From the IMG/VR virus record IMGVR_UViG_3300029647_000018: 11,340 bases of DNA; one strand, given 5' to 3'. Source of the stretch: a virus. Lineage: Duplodnaviria > Heunggongvirae > Uroviricota > Caudoviricetes. The notes beneath the pieces were generated by a model, which was given only the letters and a program-made list of their open reading frames with translations, was not told the origin of the DNA and did not search any database. A program made the translations under genes and the position numbers. Every line of letters starts with the position of its first letter. Within the stretch, counting starts at the first letter, position 1. Of the stretch, positions 1-7,616 are shown piece by piece.

Positions 1-77
1 AAAAACGGTTCTGTGAAAGTGACACGAACCGATCTCCATCGATGTTACTCACCGATCTCCTTCACGGTAATACGCAC
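1..77. repeat. Left copy of a perfect inverted repeat (exact reverse complement of 11256..11332); begins at window base 1, so true length may exceed 77 bp
   Basis: Direct comparison: reverse complement of 11256..11332 equals 1..77 base for base; identity breaks at 78 versus 11255. Contains two 10-bp direct repeats ACCGATCTCC (28..37, 51..60) around an ATCGAT palindrome (38..43). Confidence 0.95.
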
Positions 78-319
78 TTATGGCAGTGAATGAAATACGC
101 ATCGCGGATAACAGCGCGTTTTGTCGCTTCCGGCCACTTATCATCCCAGCGGTCAACCGAAAATGACCACGCCAGCCACGGCAGCAGATTTGCCGGACAG
201 GTATCCGGGTTCCACAGCTCACGAATACTGACCGGCGTTTTTTCAATTTCCGCACAGGCTTTTGCGGCGGCGACTTCAAGCGGTGATGAGCCGGTCGGCA
301 GCAGTCGCGAATCACTCAT
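62..319 (-). pseudogene. I: Truncated baseplate protein gpI-like: about 81 native residues then CVLP-stop supplied by the inverted repeat (P2 gpI is about 176 aa)
   Basis: ORF starts MSDSRLLPTGSSPLEV..., matching my recollection of the P2 gpI N-terminus; ATG at 317..319 overlaps J stop (312..314). The last 4 codons and the stop (62..76) lie inside repeat 1..77. Immediately downstream of J as in P2. Confidence 0.8.
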
Positions 320-1220
320 CCGAGCCTCCCGTCACGACGCGGTATTCAGTACAGAAAGACGCCTGCGTATTGTTGAGCACGATGTCGGCCAGTGGTGCGG
401 CCAGCTCGACACGCTGCACGCCTTCCACATGCAAAGCGGCATAAATGGCAGACAGACGGATGTCGCGCCCCAGCCGGTGCTGTGCCGTGATGTACGCTTC
501 CAGTTTTTTCACGGCAGCAGCGCGGATGGGTTCGCTTTCGGGGCCAGGGTAAAGGTAAAGCGTGGCATTTATCTGGTATTCAACAATGGCGGCAGACTGC
601 ACGGTCACGCGGTCGGCCACCGGCCTGACGTCCTCGCCATTAAGGGCGTTACGCACCACAGCCAGCAGGTCTTCGGATGCGACGCCGTTATTTTCACGTG
701 ACAGCACAGAGATAGTAACGCAGGCCGGAGACGGACTGGTGACAGAAATATCGGCGACACGCCCGTCAGCACTGCGACCATGATACTGATAGGCACCCAC
801 CGACCCGGCGACGCTTAAACCTTCAAACGCCTGCTGAATACGCAACCGATAATCGGTGTCAGATTCCATCACTGCCGGTGTCGGCGGGATGGTCGAATCG
901 TCTGCCGGGGTGATAGTCAGGCGCGTGGTGTTGTAATTGGCACCAATCACATCAAGGTCATTACCGGCGGCACAGGCCAGCATCACCGCCCGTGCGGCCT
1001 CATTCACACGCTGACGCCAGATAAGCTCACGATAAGCATTTTCCTCCAGCAGCTTGACGAGAGGCTCGGATTCCAGCGTCAGGGTACGGGCGACCGCCTC
1101 CTGCTGGTCTTCCGGGTAAAGGGAAATCAGTGTCGCCTTGCGTTCGGCGAGAATGGTTTCAAAGTCCAGCTCCTCGACCACATCCGGTGCGGGTAGCTGG
1201 TTCAGGTCGATAATCGGCAT
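312..1220 (-). CDS. J: Baseplate assembly protein gpJ (baseplate wedge), 302 aa
   Basis: 302-aa ORF MPIIDLNQLPAPDVVEELDFE..., same length as P2 gpJ; position between W and I as in P2. Confidence 0.92.
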   Translation of the reverse strand: MPIIDLNQLPAPDVVEELDFETILAERKATLISLYPEDQQEAVARTLTLESEPLVKLLEENAYRELIWRQRVNEAARAVMLACAAGNDLDVIGANYNTTRLTITPADDSTIPPTPAVMESDTDYRLRIQQAFEGLSVAGSVGAYQYHGRSADGRVADISVTSPSPACVTISVLSRENNGVASEDLLAVVRNALNGEDVRPVADRVTVQSAAIVEYQINATLYLYPGPESEPIRAAAVKKLEAYITAQHRLGRDIRLSAIYAALHVEGVQRVELAAPLADIVLNNTQASFCTEYRVVTGGSDE

Positions 1221-1224
1221 GGTT

Positions 1225-1572
1225 TCAACTCACAGGGATGGTTAACGAAAGTGGCTGGCCGGTGTCGTTGTGCTGGCCGGTTAACGTGACCGTCATTCGC
1301 CCGTCAAAACTGCGCGCCGTAGTGACGGATGACAGGGTGACGCGGGGTTCCCATTTCAGCACCGCCATGTAACAGGCGACCTTAATCTGCAACTCAAGCG
1401 CCTGGGTCTGCGGCTGGTCAATCATTGATGCCAGCAACGAGCCGTAATCACGACGCATCACCCGTGAGCCGACCGGTGTGCGCAGGATATCGCCGATACT
1501 CTGGCTGATATGCTCAAGGTCAGTGACAGTCAGGCCATCACTGCGATTCATTCCGAGATAACGTGCTGTCAT
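1225..1572 (-). CDS. W: Baseplate protein gpW (gp25-like), 115 aa
   Basis: 115-aa ORF, same length as P2 gpW; start overlaps V stop as ATGA (1569..1572); flanked by V and J. Confidence 0.9.
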   Translation of the reverse strand: MTARYLGMNRSDGLTVTDLEHISQSIGDILRTPVGSRVMRRDYGSLLASMIDQPQTQALELQIKVACYMAVLKWEPRVTLSSVTTARSFDGRMTVTLTGQHNDTGQPLSLTIPVS

Positions 1573-2204
1573 AGAGGACTCCCGGTTGTGCCGCCGCTGT
1601 CTCCTGGGTGTTTGTGGGTATGCAGTACCTTACCGTTTGATGAGAGTTCACCGCCGGTGTGTTCAATGTTGCCGCGCATCGTCCCGCCCTTCTGCACTTC
1701 CAGCGTGCCGGTAATCAGCCTGTTGGTGCAGACCACCTCCGGTGTGTCCAGGGTGACGCGGGTTGATGCTTTCACCATGACCACCGGCACCGTGGCAGTA
1801 ACAGAATCAGAAGCCGTCACGCTGACCGTTTTAATTCCGCTTACCGTGAGTGCACTGGTTTCGGGTTCATATTCAATCACCGCTCCGTCAGGGAAACGGA
1901 TATGCAGGGCATCCGCCGACGCAGACGGCGCGGGGTTATCGCCGGAATAAATCCCCGGCAGAACGAACGCCGTGTCGAGTTCACCGCCCACGGCCAGAAT
2001 CAGCACCTGCTCCCCCACGGAAGGTGCCCACCATGTGCGCGAACGACCGGCACGATGGGTCAGCCACTGAAGCCAGTCAGTGCACATGCCGCCGGTCTGC
2101 ACACGGCAGCGACCGGCGTTAAGGTCGGTTTCGACGACAAGGCCGGTGCGGATCATGTTGCGCAGTGCGCGCGCGAGTTCCTGAATATTTGCGAGAGTGT
2201 TCAT
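1569..2204 (-). CDS. V: Baseplate spike/hub protein gpV, 211 aa
   Basis: 211-aa ORF MNTLANIQELARALRNMIRTG..., same length as P2 gpV; first gene after the S-V intergenic gap. Confidence 0.92.
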   Translation of the reverse strand: MNTLANIQELARALRNMIRTGLVVETDLNAGRCRVQTGGMCTDWLQWLTHRAGRSRTWWAPSVGEQVLILAVGGELDTAFVLPGIYSGDNPAPSASADALHIRFPDGAVIEYEPETSALTVSGIKTVSVTASDSVTATVPVVMVKASTRVTLDTPEVVCTNRLITGTLEVQKGGTMRGNIEHTGGELSSNGKVLHTHKHPGDSGGTTGSPL

Positions 2205-2270
2205 AACGGGAAGGATGCCGCCGGGTCATACCGGCGGCAATGTGACGATGAGGTGTCGGGAATGGCACAA
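2205..2270 (-). promoter_or_regulatory. S-V intergenic region; expected location of the Ogr-dependent late promoter for the V-W-J-I operon; contains a GC-rich hairpin (2217..2238)
   Basis: P2 has a late promoter upstream of V (established knowledge). In the sequence I see only a 66-bp gap and the dyad GCCGCCGG-gtcata-CCGGCGGC; no exact TGT-N12-ACA element found (nearest is TGT-N10-ACA at 2254..2269). Confidence 0.3.
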
Positions 2271-2723
2271 CTAACGGTCGAGGTGAGCCAGGATAATCTC
2301 TTCAATCATCTGCACATCCTCACCGGTAAAGCCGAGCAGAGGACGCGCCGGATAATCAATTTTCTTACCGTCTTTCCGGGTTTCTTCCGACAGACCGAAC
2401 TGATGCACGCTGGCGATTTTCGGTGACTTCCCGCCGTAAAATTCCATTGATGCCTGTTCAGGGCTGGCGCGGATATGCAAAAAACGACTGGTGATAAGTT
2501 TCGCAAACATTTTTCGCTTAACGCGACCGGTCTTTTTTCTGGCGCTCTGCTGCTGACGTGGCGCGTAGGGTGTGCCGTCCGGGGCTTTCTGAGCCATCAC
2601 CCGGCGCTGCTGACTCTGCCGCAGACGTTTCGCCAGTTCGGCACTCAGTCGCCGACGCCCTGACGGTGACAGCGATTCAGTCAGTCCGGCCAGCCGGTCT
2701 TCAAAACGCTTAAACTCATTCAT
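2271..2723 (-). CDS. S: Tail completion protein gpS, 150 aa
   Basis: 150-aa ORF, same length as P2 gpS; start (2721..2723) overlaps R stop (2716..2718). Confidence 0.9.
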   Translation of the reverse strand: MNEFKRFEDRLAGLTESLSPSGRRRLSAELAKRLRQSQQRRVMAQKAPDGTPYAPRQQQSARKKTGRVKRKMFAKLITSRFLHIRASPEQASMEFYGGKSPKIASVHQFGLSEETRKDGKKIDYPARPLLGFTGEDVQMIEEIILAHLDR

Positions 2724-3186
2724 CCCACTTGCTCACCAGTTCGCCATTGATATAAAGCTCCATCGGGCGGGTGACCGGCTCCGGCGGCGGGGGTTCCGGA
2801 ATATTCTTCACATGCAGTGCGCCGTCAACCTCACTGACCAGCGTGCGCTCGGTCAGCATCAGGCTGATGCTGATATCAAAGCTGCTGTCATTGTTGATGT
2901 CTGCATAAAACGTGAAGCCCTTTTTCTGGCCTTCGTCGGTGGTCATGATGTCGGGCTGATTTTCCCGCAGCCACGCCAGCACCGGCACGATGAGCAGGTC
3001 AAAATCACCGGTAAAGTCGGTCACAATGACATTGAGCGTGTAACGCTTTTCGAATGACAGCGACGCCGCCAGTGTGGAGGCAATACTCCCGTTATCCACG
3101 AATATCCGCAGCATCTCTGGACTGGTTTTCAACACCGTGACGGCATCAGTCAGCGCCCTGCGCAGGCTGTCGGGTTTGAGCATCAT
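2716..3186 (-). CDS. R: Tail completion protein gpR (155-156 aa; start may be the second ATG at 3181..3183)
   Basis: ORF MMLKPDSLRRALTDAV...; P2 gpR is 155 aa; tandem ATG ATG at 3181..3186. Confidence 0.88.
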   Translation of the reverse strand: MMLKPDSLRRALTDAVTVLKTSPEMLRIFVDNGSIASTLAASLSFEKRYTLNVIVTDFTGDFDLLIVPVLAWLRENQPDIMTTDEGQKKGFTFYADINNDSSFDISISLMLTERTLVSEVDGALHVKNIPEPPPPEPVTRPMELYINGELVSKWDE

Positions 3187-3436
3187 TTTCGTCCTGACAG
3201 TGTTTAATCATTTTTACCTGGCTGGCACAGCGTGCCAGCGCGTCCTCAAGCTGCCGGATATCGGCACTTAAATCGCCGTTCTTCTGCGGGTCACTGCCCG
3301 GCATCGGGCAAAGACTCACTTTCGGGCAGGCGTTGTGGACAATCACTGGCGTCGGTGCAGGCGGGGCGCTGGTGCAACCGGCGCACAGCATCAGGCAGGT
3401 CAGCACCGTACCAGCGGCGAAAATCCTCGTTTTCAT
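3146..3436 (-). CDS. lysC: LysC, Rz1-like outer-membrane lipoprotein spanin (o-spanin), 96 aa, nested out of frame in lysB and running into R
   Basis: Internal ATG at 3434..3436 in an alternative frame of lysB gives MKTRIFAAGTVLTCLMLCAGCTSAPPAPTP...: signal-peptide-like segment with Cys-containing lipobox-like motif and a Pro-rich stretch. 96 aa equals the P2 LysC size. Confidence 0.75.
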   Translation of the reverse strand: MKTRIFAAGTVLTCLMLCAGCTSAPPAPTPVIVHNACPKVSLCPMPGSDPQKNGDLSADIRQLEDALARCASQVKMIKHCQDENDAQTRQPAQGAD

Positions 3437-3716
3437 TAAGTAACCTCGTGATGGTTTTCTCGCGCTGTGCTTCACGCTTCGCAGCGTTCTCCAGCTCCTG
3501 ACGCAGAGCCACCTGCGCCAGCTCGTTTTTGTCTGCTCTGGTGAGCGCAACATGAAGCTGATTTTTCAGCATGGTGATGGTCGTCTGCTGTTCACTGGCG
3601 ACGTTGTTCGCCCTGTCCAGCGAGGCGCGCAGGCTGGCATTTTTATGTTTCACCAGAAACAGACCGGCCACCGCCAGCGATAACAACACGACCAGCACAG
3701 TCATCAGCTTTGACAT
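3291..3716 (-). CDS. lysB: LysB, Rz-like inner-membrane spanin (i-spanin), 141 aa
   Basis: 141-aa ORF with N-terminal hydrophobic anchor MSKLMTVLVVLLSLAVAGLFLV followed by a charged, coiled-coil-like region; same size as P2 LysB. Confidence 0.88.
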   Translation of the reverse strand: MSKLMTVLVVLLSLAVAGLFLVKHKNASLRASLDRANNVASEQQTTITMLKNQLHVALTRADKNELAQVALRQELENAAKREAQREKTITRLLNENEDFRRWYGADLPDAVRRLHQRPACTDASDCPQRLPESESLPDAGQ

Positions 3717-4129
3717 GGTTCCCGCCCCTCAAAACGCTGACGGCAGGCCGTACGTATCAGCCGGAAGAACAGCGACGCCACGAGATAAATCAGCGCGGTA
3801 AAAATCCACCCGGCAGCGACCAGCGAGATAAACGTCGTCACCATCACCACCAGAGCCGCCGCCCGTCTGCGCCACGGCACCGGCTGCAAAAACAGCGACG
3901 CGACAATCTTCACGGCCAGCGATTCCGGCGGCAGCTCCCGCCCGTAGCGTTCCAGCACATACTCCGTGGTATACACGCCGACACCACCGGCAACCACACA
4001 GATAACCGTCGCCAGAATCGCCCAGGCGGCGACAAAATTGACGGCCACGCTCTGCGGGTAAATCAGGGACAGTGCCAGCATCAGCGCCAGCGACACGTTC
4101 AGCATCAGTGAAAGGGATAATTTCTTCAT
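3704..4129 (-). CDS. lysA: LysA, multi-pass membrane lysis-timing protein, 141 aa
   Basis: 141-aa ORF with 3-4 hydrophobic helices; position between K and lysB; P2 LysA is 141 aa; GGAG 9 nt upstream of ATG. Confidence 0.85.
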   Translation of the reverse strand: MKKLSLSLMLNVSLALMLALSLIYPQSVAVNFVAAWAILATVICVVAGGVGVYTTEYVLERYGRELPPESLAVKIVASLFLQPVPWRRRAAALVVMVTTFISLVAAGWIFTALIYLVASLFFRLIRTACRQRFEGREPCQS

Positions 4130-4143
4130 GGTGTTTACTCCGT

Positions 4144-4641
4144 TTAAGCCGGTACGCCGCCAGCGGTACGCCAGACGGTGACCAGTTTTTCCAGTGAATG
4201 CTCACGCTGACCGTAACCGGCTCCCGGCAGGGACGCCCAGATATTGCGACAGCGTGAAATGGCGCGCTCAATGCGTCCCGCCCGGATGTCATCCAGTGCA
4301 CCGCGTTCGCGGATCAACTGAATGGCAAGTCTGTCCTGTGACAACGGACTGAAATCCGGCAGGGCAAGCTGTTTGCGGTAATGCGGCCAGAACAGGTAAA
4401 GCTGCTGATAGCGACCGGAGGCCGTGGATTTTTCACCGCGACGGTTAAACACCTTCGCCGGTCGGCCATGCGCGAACGGGTGGTCACTGTAGTCAGTGAA
4501 AATTTCCGGCTTCCCGTCCAGTCCGGTGACTATCACGTCATAGCCCCGGTTTTTCGTCAGCGGATGATTCGCCGTCCCTTCGGACACGGCCAGCATGTCG
4601 AGAAAGGCCGCGATATTCTGATGCGTGTTAATTACCGGCAT
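4144..4641 (-). CDS. K: Endolysin gpK (lysozyme-like), 165 aa
   Basis: 165-aa ORF MPVINTHQNIAAFLDMLAVSEGT... with lysozyme-like E...D...T N-terminal motif; start overlaps Y stop (TAATG at 4639..4643). Confidence 0.9.
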   Translation of the reverse strand: MPVINTHQNIAAFLDMLAVSEGTANHPLTKNRGYDVIVTGLDGKPEIFTDYSDHPFAHGRPAKVFNRRGEKSTASGRYQQLYLFWPHYRKQLALPDFSPLSQDRLAIQLIRERGALDDIRAGRIERAISRCRNIWASLPGAGYGQREHSLEKLVTVWRTAGGVPA

Positions 4642-4922
4642 TACGGTTTCCCCCTGCCCTTAAAACGGCGCTGAATGGCAATCTCAATCACCTGATAACC
4701 GGCGATACCCAGCATGGAGCCGATACCGCACACCGCAGGCAGTGACAGGTCAGGAAACTGCACCAGAACAACACCGGCAACCATCGAGACAAAACCACCG
4801 AGCAACATGCGCCCGATAAACAGACGCGGGGTGATGGGTTCACCACCGGCAAGCACCTTGCCGACAACAATCAGCACCCCAATCATGAAAAGCGACAGGA
4901 CGCTTTTTTCTTCTGCTGTCAT
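4641..4922 (-). CDS. Y: Holin gpY, 93 aa
   Basis: 93-aa ORF with hydrophobic transmembrane segments and charged C-terminus; directly upstream of the endolysin; same size as P2 gpY. Confidence 0.9.
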   Translation of the reverse strand: MTAEEKSVLSLFMIGVLIVVGKVLAGGEPITPRLFIGRMLLGGFVSMVAGVVLVQFPDLSLPAVCGIGSMLGIAGYQVIEIAIQRRFKGRGKP

Positions 4923-4925
4923 GCG

Positions 4926-5129
4926 TTACTCCCACAGATTGACAGTTTCAGCCACGGGCGCGGCCTGAACGTCGGGCAGTTCGACGGCGGTGCCGTGTGG
5001 CAGCACCGCACCCAGTTCAGCCAGTCCCGGATTTGCGGCGAGCACGGTCTCAACCACGCCCTCAGTGCGCCCGTAATACCGGACACAAATGGCGTCGAGC
5101 GTGTCGCCCTGTAGCGCAAAGGTCTTCAT
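4926..5129 (-). CDS. X: Tail protein gpX (small LysM-like protein), 67 aa
   Basis: Internal start MKTFALQGDTLDAICVRYYG... gives 67 aa (P2 gpX size); ATG (5127..5129) overlaps L stop (5129..5131) as ATGA. The track's 90-aa version is an upstream extension. Confidence 0.85.
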   Translation of the reverse strand: MKTFALQGDTLDAICVRYYGRTEGVVETVLAANPGLAELGAVLPHGTAVELPDVQAAPVAETVNLWE

Positions 5130-5638
5130 CAGATTTGACTCACGATGCAGCGCGGCTTGTCCTGGATACGCGCCACCGCCCAGCGCATATCCCGCCACAG
5201 TTCATCAATGGTGCTGTCAATGCTGTCAGCCTTCTTGTCACCTTTCGCACTGGCATCCACGCCGCGATAACGCTCATAAAGCGACGCGGTCGCCATCGCA
5301 CACACGGCGCGCTCGTAGTAAAAAACTTTGATGCTTTCACCGTCGATGTCGTCCGCCGGGACGTCCGCCAGACGCGTAAAACCGGCAGTAATTTTCTGTT
5401 CGCGGTACTCGTACAGCTCCGCATTCGTTTCAGCCATGCCTGACTTGATGGCCTCACGCAGACGGGCGGGGGCGACGGTCTGCTCAAGGCGCATACGTTC
5501 CCGGACGCGCTTCGGGTCGATATCGGGAAAAAAGAACGTGTTTTTAATCACCGGCTCGTCGCCTGCCGGTTGCGGGATGACCACCGTACCCTCACCGGAC
5601 ACGGGAGCCTCCTTTCGCGGAATAATCAGCGTCATCAT
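5129..5638 (-). CDS. L: Head completion/stabilisation protein gpL, 169 aa
   Basis: Start at tandem MM (5633..5638) preceded by GAGGTGG gives 169 aa (P2 gpL size), MMTLIIPRKEAPVSGEG...; the 189-aa track ORF is an upstream extension. Confidence 0.88.
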   Translation of the reverse strand: MMTLIIPRKEAPVSGEGTVVIPQPAGDEPVIKNTFFFPDIDPKRVRERMRLEQTVAPARLREAIKSGMAETNAELYEYREQKITAGFTRLADVPADDIDGESIKVFYYERAVCAMATASLYERYRGVDASAKGDKKADSIDSTIDELWRDMRWAVARIQDKPRCIVSQI

Positions 5639-5737
5639 GACCACCTCTGAAAAGTCGGGCGGTGGACGCCGGTGCAGTGTCAGATGATTCACCCTCACTG
5701 ACCGGCGTGCCGCCCTGGCGCGGGGCGCATTCGGTTG

Positions 5738-6481
5738 TTAACTGGCTTTCTTTTTCGGGCGTCCACGTTTTGCCGGTGTCACGCTCCGGGTCTTACGCGG
5801 GGCGCGGGTGGCCGCTTTGGGTTGTGGCTCCGGCTTCGGTTTCAGCTCCCGCTCCAGTCGTTCAATCTCTTTTTTGACGCCTGCCTGACAGTCGAGCTGT
5901 GTCGCACGTTGCAGGTGCGCCAGTGCACCTGCGGCATCACCAGCGTCACGCAGAAACAGACCGGTGATTTTGTGCAGCTTTGCGCGCACTTCATCAGGCA
6001 TGTCAGCCGTGGCGGTCAGTTCAAGGGTGTCCGTCAGCAGGCGGGTATCCACGGATTCACCGGCAGCGTGAGCGCGCATGGCCGCGAGCGCGACCTCCTC
6101 GGTGAACATGTACGGCGGGGTGCGGCGGTGTTTACCCGGCATGGTCAGACCGTACTTCAGGGCATAACGGGCAATCTCCAGCGCACCGGCAATATCGCCG
6201 GTATCCAGACGCCACAGCATGACCGTCATCAGAATGTCATCCTGTGCACCTTTGCCCTGCTCCAGCACGCCGTTCACCCACGGCAACCAGAACGGCAACA
6301 GTTCGCGTTTTTTCGCGGCCTTAAGCTCTTTTGAATAAATCGCTTTCAGTGTGCGCTGGTCTGCGGCCAGCTTGACCAGCATCTGCTCATAGACAGTTGC
6401 ATGTCGCAGCGGGGCGGCTTCCCGCTGCGCGGTCATCGCTGCCGAGACCCGCATCATGTGGCGCTGTGCGGGACTCGTCAT
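5738..6481 (-). CDS. M: Terminase endonuclease (small) subunit gpM, 247 aa
   Basis: 247-aa ORF (P2 gpM size) with a very basic C-terminal tail ...TPAKRGRPKKKAS; immediately downstream of N with a 3-nt spacer. Confidence 0.9.
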   Translation of the reverse strand: MTSPAQRHMMRVSAAMTAQREAAPLRHATVYEQMLVKLAADQRTLKAIYSKELKAAKKRELLPFWLPWVNGVLEQGKGAQDDILMTVMLWRLDTGDIAGALEIARYALKYGLTMPGKHRRTPPYMFTEEVALAAMRAHAAGESVDTRLLTDTLELTATADMPDEVRAKLHKITGLFLRDAGDAAGALAHLQRATQLDCQAGVKKEIERLERELKPKPEPQPKAATRAPRKTRSVTPAKRGRPKKKAS

Positions 6482-6484
6482 CGG

Positions 6485-7558
6485 TTACGCTCCCGGCTCT
6501 GCGGTCGCCTTAGCAGGTGTGGAGAAATCACCGACCTTAATTTTTTCCACCAGACAACCGGCTGCGTAGTCTTCCACTACGTAATCAATGTTCATTGACT
6601 CGTAGTTCTCCACGCGGTCGAGTTTCGGGTTTTCCACAATCACGCGGCGATGGCTGTCATCCATGTAGTAGATGGACAGGTTTTCCAGCTTCGTGATGAG
6701 CATCGCATCCGCCGGGAAGTACGGGACGCGTACCGCTGGCAGGTTGCCGATGCGTTTCTGGCTGATGATGACGTCAGCGGCCAGCATCTCGCTGTTGTCC
6801 TGCTCCTTGTTGACGATGGGGAAATACTTGTCCGCCAGTAGCTGACGCCCCACAATCACCACAAGGTCAGGGTCTTCCTGATACCACGGTTCAATCAGGT
6901 TGTTGGTCGCATCCATCACCAGTGCATCAAGGCTGGCATAATCACCGCCCTTACCCACGCGGATAACCTCAGAGGTGGTGCGGCCTTCCTCGTCAGTGAC
7001 CTTGCTCATCACGCGCGCCGGGGCTTCATTGCGGTATTTCTGCAGCCAGCCGACCGCCACATCCTGCAGCATCGGATTGCTGTTGCGGTCAGAGGTTTCG
7101 GCACGCTTCACGCCGTTAAAACCGGCCATGATGAAATCAAGGGACTGGCGTTTGATAATGGCGTTACGGATACGGAGCTGGAAATCCTGATAACGCGCCC
7201 ACAGGTCAAGCGTTTTGTAGCGGATATAAAAATCGAAGTTAATCTGGTCGCATTCGTACTTACTGGACGCCAGCTTCGAGAAGTCCTTCGGCTGACGCTC
7301 GGTGCCACCGGCGGTGTCGGTGGTGCTGGCGATGGAGCCGGTGACACCGATACCAATTTTTTCCCCTTTCATTTCGCTGACCGGCACAATGTTGATGCGG
7401 GTCAGGAAATCAGAGGACTCCTGCATGGTGTTCATCAGGGTCTGGGTGACCGACGGTTCAACGGTGAATTTTTTCGACACATCACCGGCGTCGATGCCGT
7501 TCAGTTCGGCAACACGGGACAGGTAAGCATTAAATTTAAAGCGGGTTTCCTGGCGCAT
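6485..7558 (-). CDS. N: Major capsid protein gpN, 357 aa
   Basis: 357-aa ORF MRQETRFKFNAYLSRVAELNGI..., same length as P2 gpN; AGGA 7 nt upstream of ATG. Confidence 0.95.
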   Translation of the reverse strand: MRQETRFKFNAYLSRVAELNGIDAGDVSKKFTVEPSVTQTLMNTMQESSDFLTRINIVPVSEMKGEKIGIGVTGSIASTTDTAGGTERQPKDFSKLASSKYECDQINFDFYIRYKTLDLWARYQDFQLRIRNAIIKRQSLDFIMAGFNGVKRAETSDRNSNPMLQDVAVGWLQKYRNEAPARVMSKVTDEEGRTTSEVIRVGKGGDYASLDALVMDATNNLIEPWYQEDPDLVVIVGRQLLADKYFPIVNKEQDNSEMLAADVIISQKRIGNLPAVRVPYFPADAMLITKLENLSIYYMDDSHRRVIVENPKLDRVENYESMNIDYVVEDYAAGCLVEKIKVGDFSTPAKATAEPGA

Positions 7559-7616
7559 AGTTTTTCCTGAAATTAAGTGTTAATCGTGAAGGTTTTCCCG
7601 GACTGACTGACGCCGA

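Noticed and set aside
90-701. 203-aa plus-strand ORF antisense to I/J
   Set aside because: Lies entirely opposite well-supported P2-like genes; GC-rich phage DNA yields long spurious antisense ORFs; no start context or recognisable protein features.
2254-2269. TGT-N10-ACA dyad near the S/V junction as a possible Ogr site
   Set aside because: Spacing is 10 rather than the 12 of the P2 late-promoter dyad as I recall it; noted only as context in the S-V regulatory feature.
1902-2426. 174-aa plus-strand ORF (and 1510..1950, 1850..2122) antisense to V/S
   Set aside because: Arg/Gly-rich low-complexity translation typical of the wrong frame of GC-rich coding DNA; overlaps V and S.
3729-4301. 190-aa minus-strand ORF overlapping lysA and K in another frame
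   Set aside because: Alternative frame of two genes whose sizes and features match P2 LysA and K; no independent support, unlike lysC which has lipoprotein features.
5639-5698. Longer track versions of L (189 aa), O (306 aa), P (600 aa), X (90 aa) and possibly R (156 aa)
   Set aside because: Internal ATGs give products of exactly P2 size with better ribosome-binding context or stop/start coupling; the upstream extensions are probably not translated.
5735-6334. 199-aa plus-strand ORF antisense to M
   Set aside because: Antisense to the terminase small subunit; composition typical of a spurious frame.
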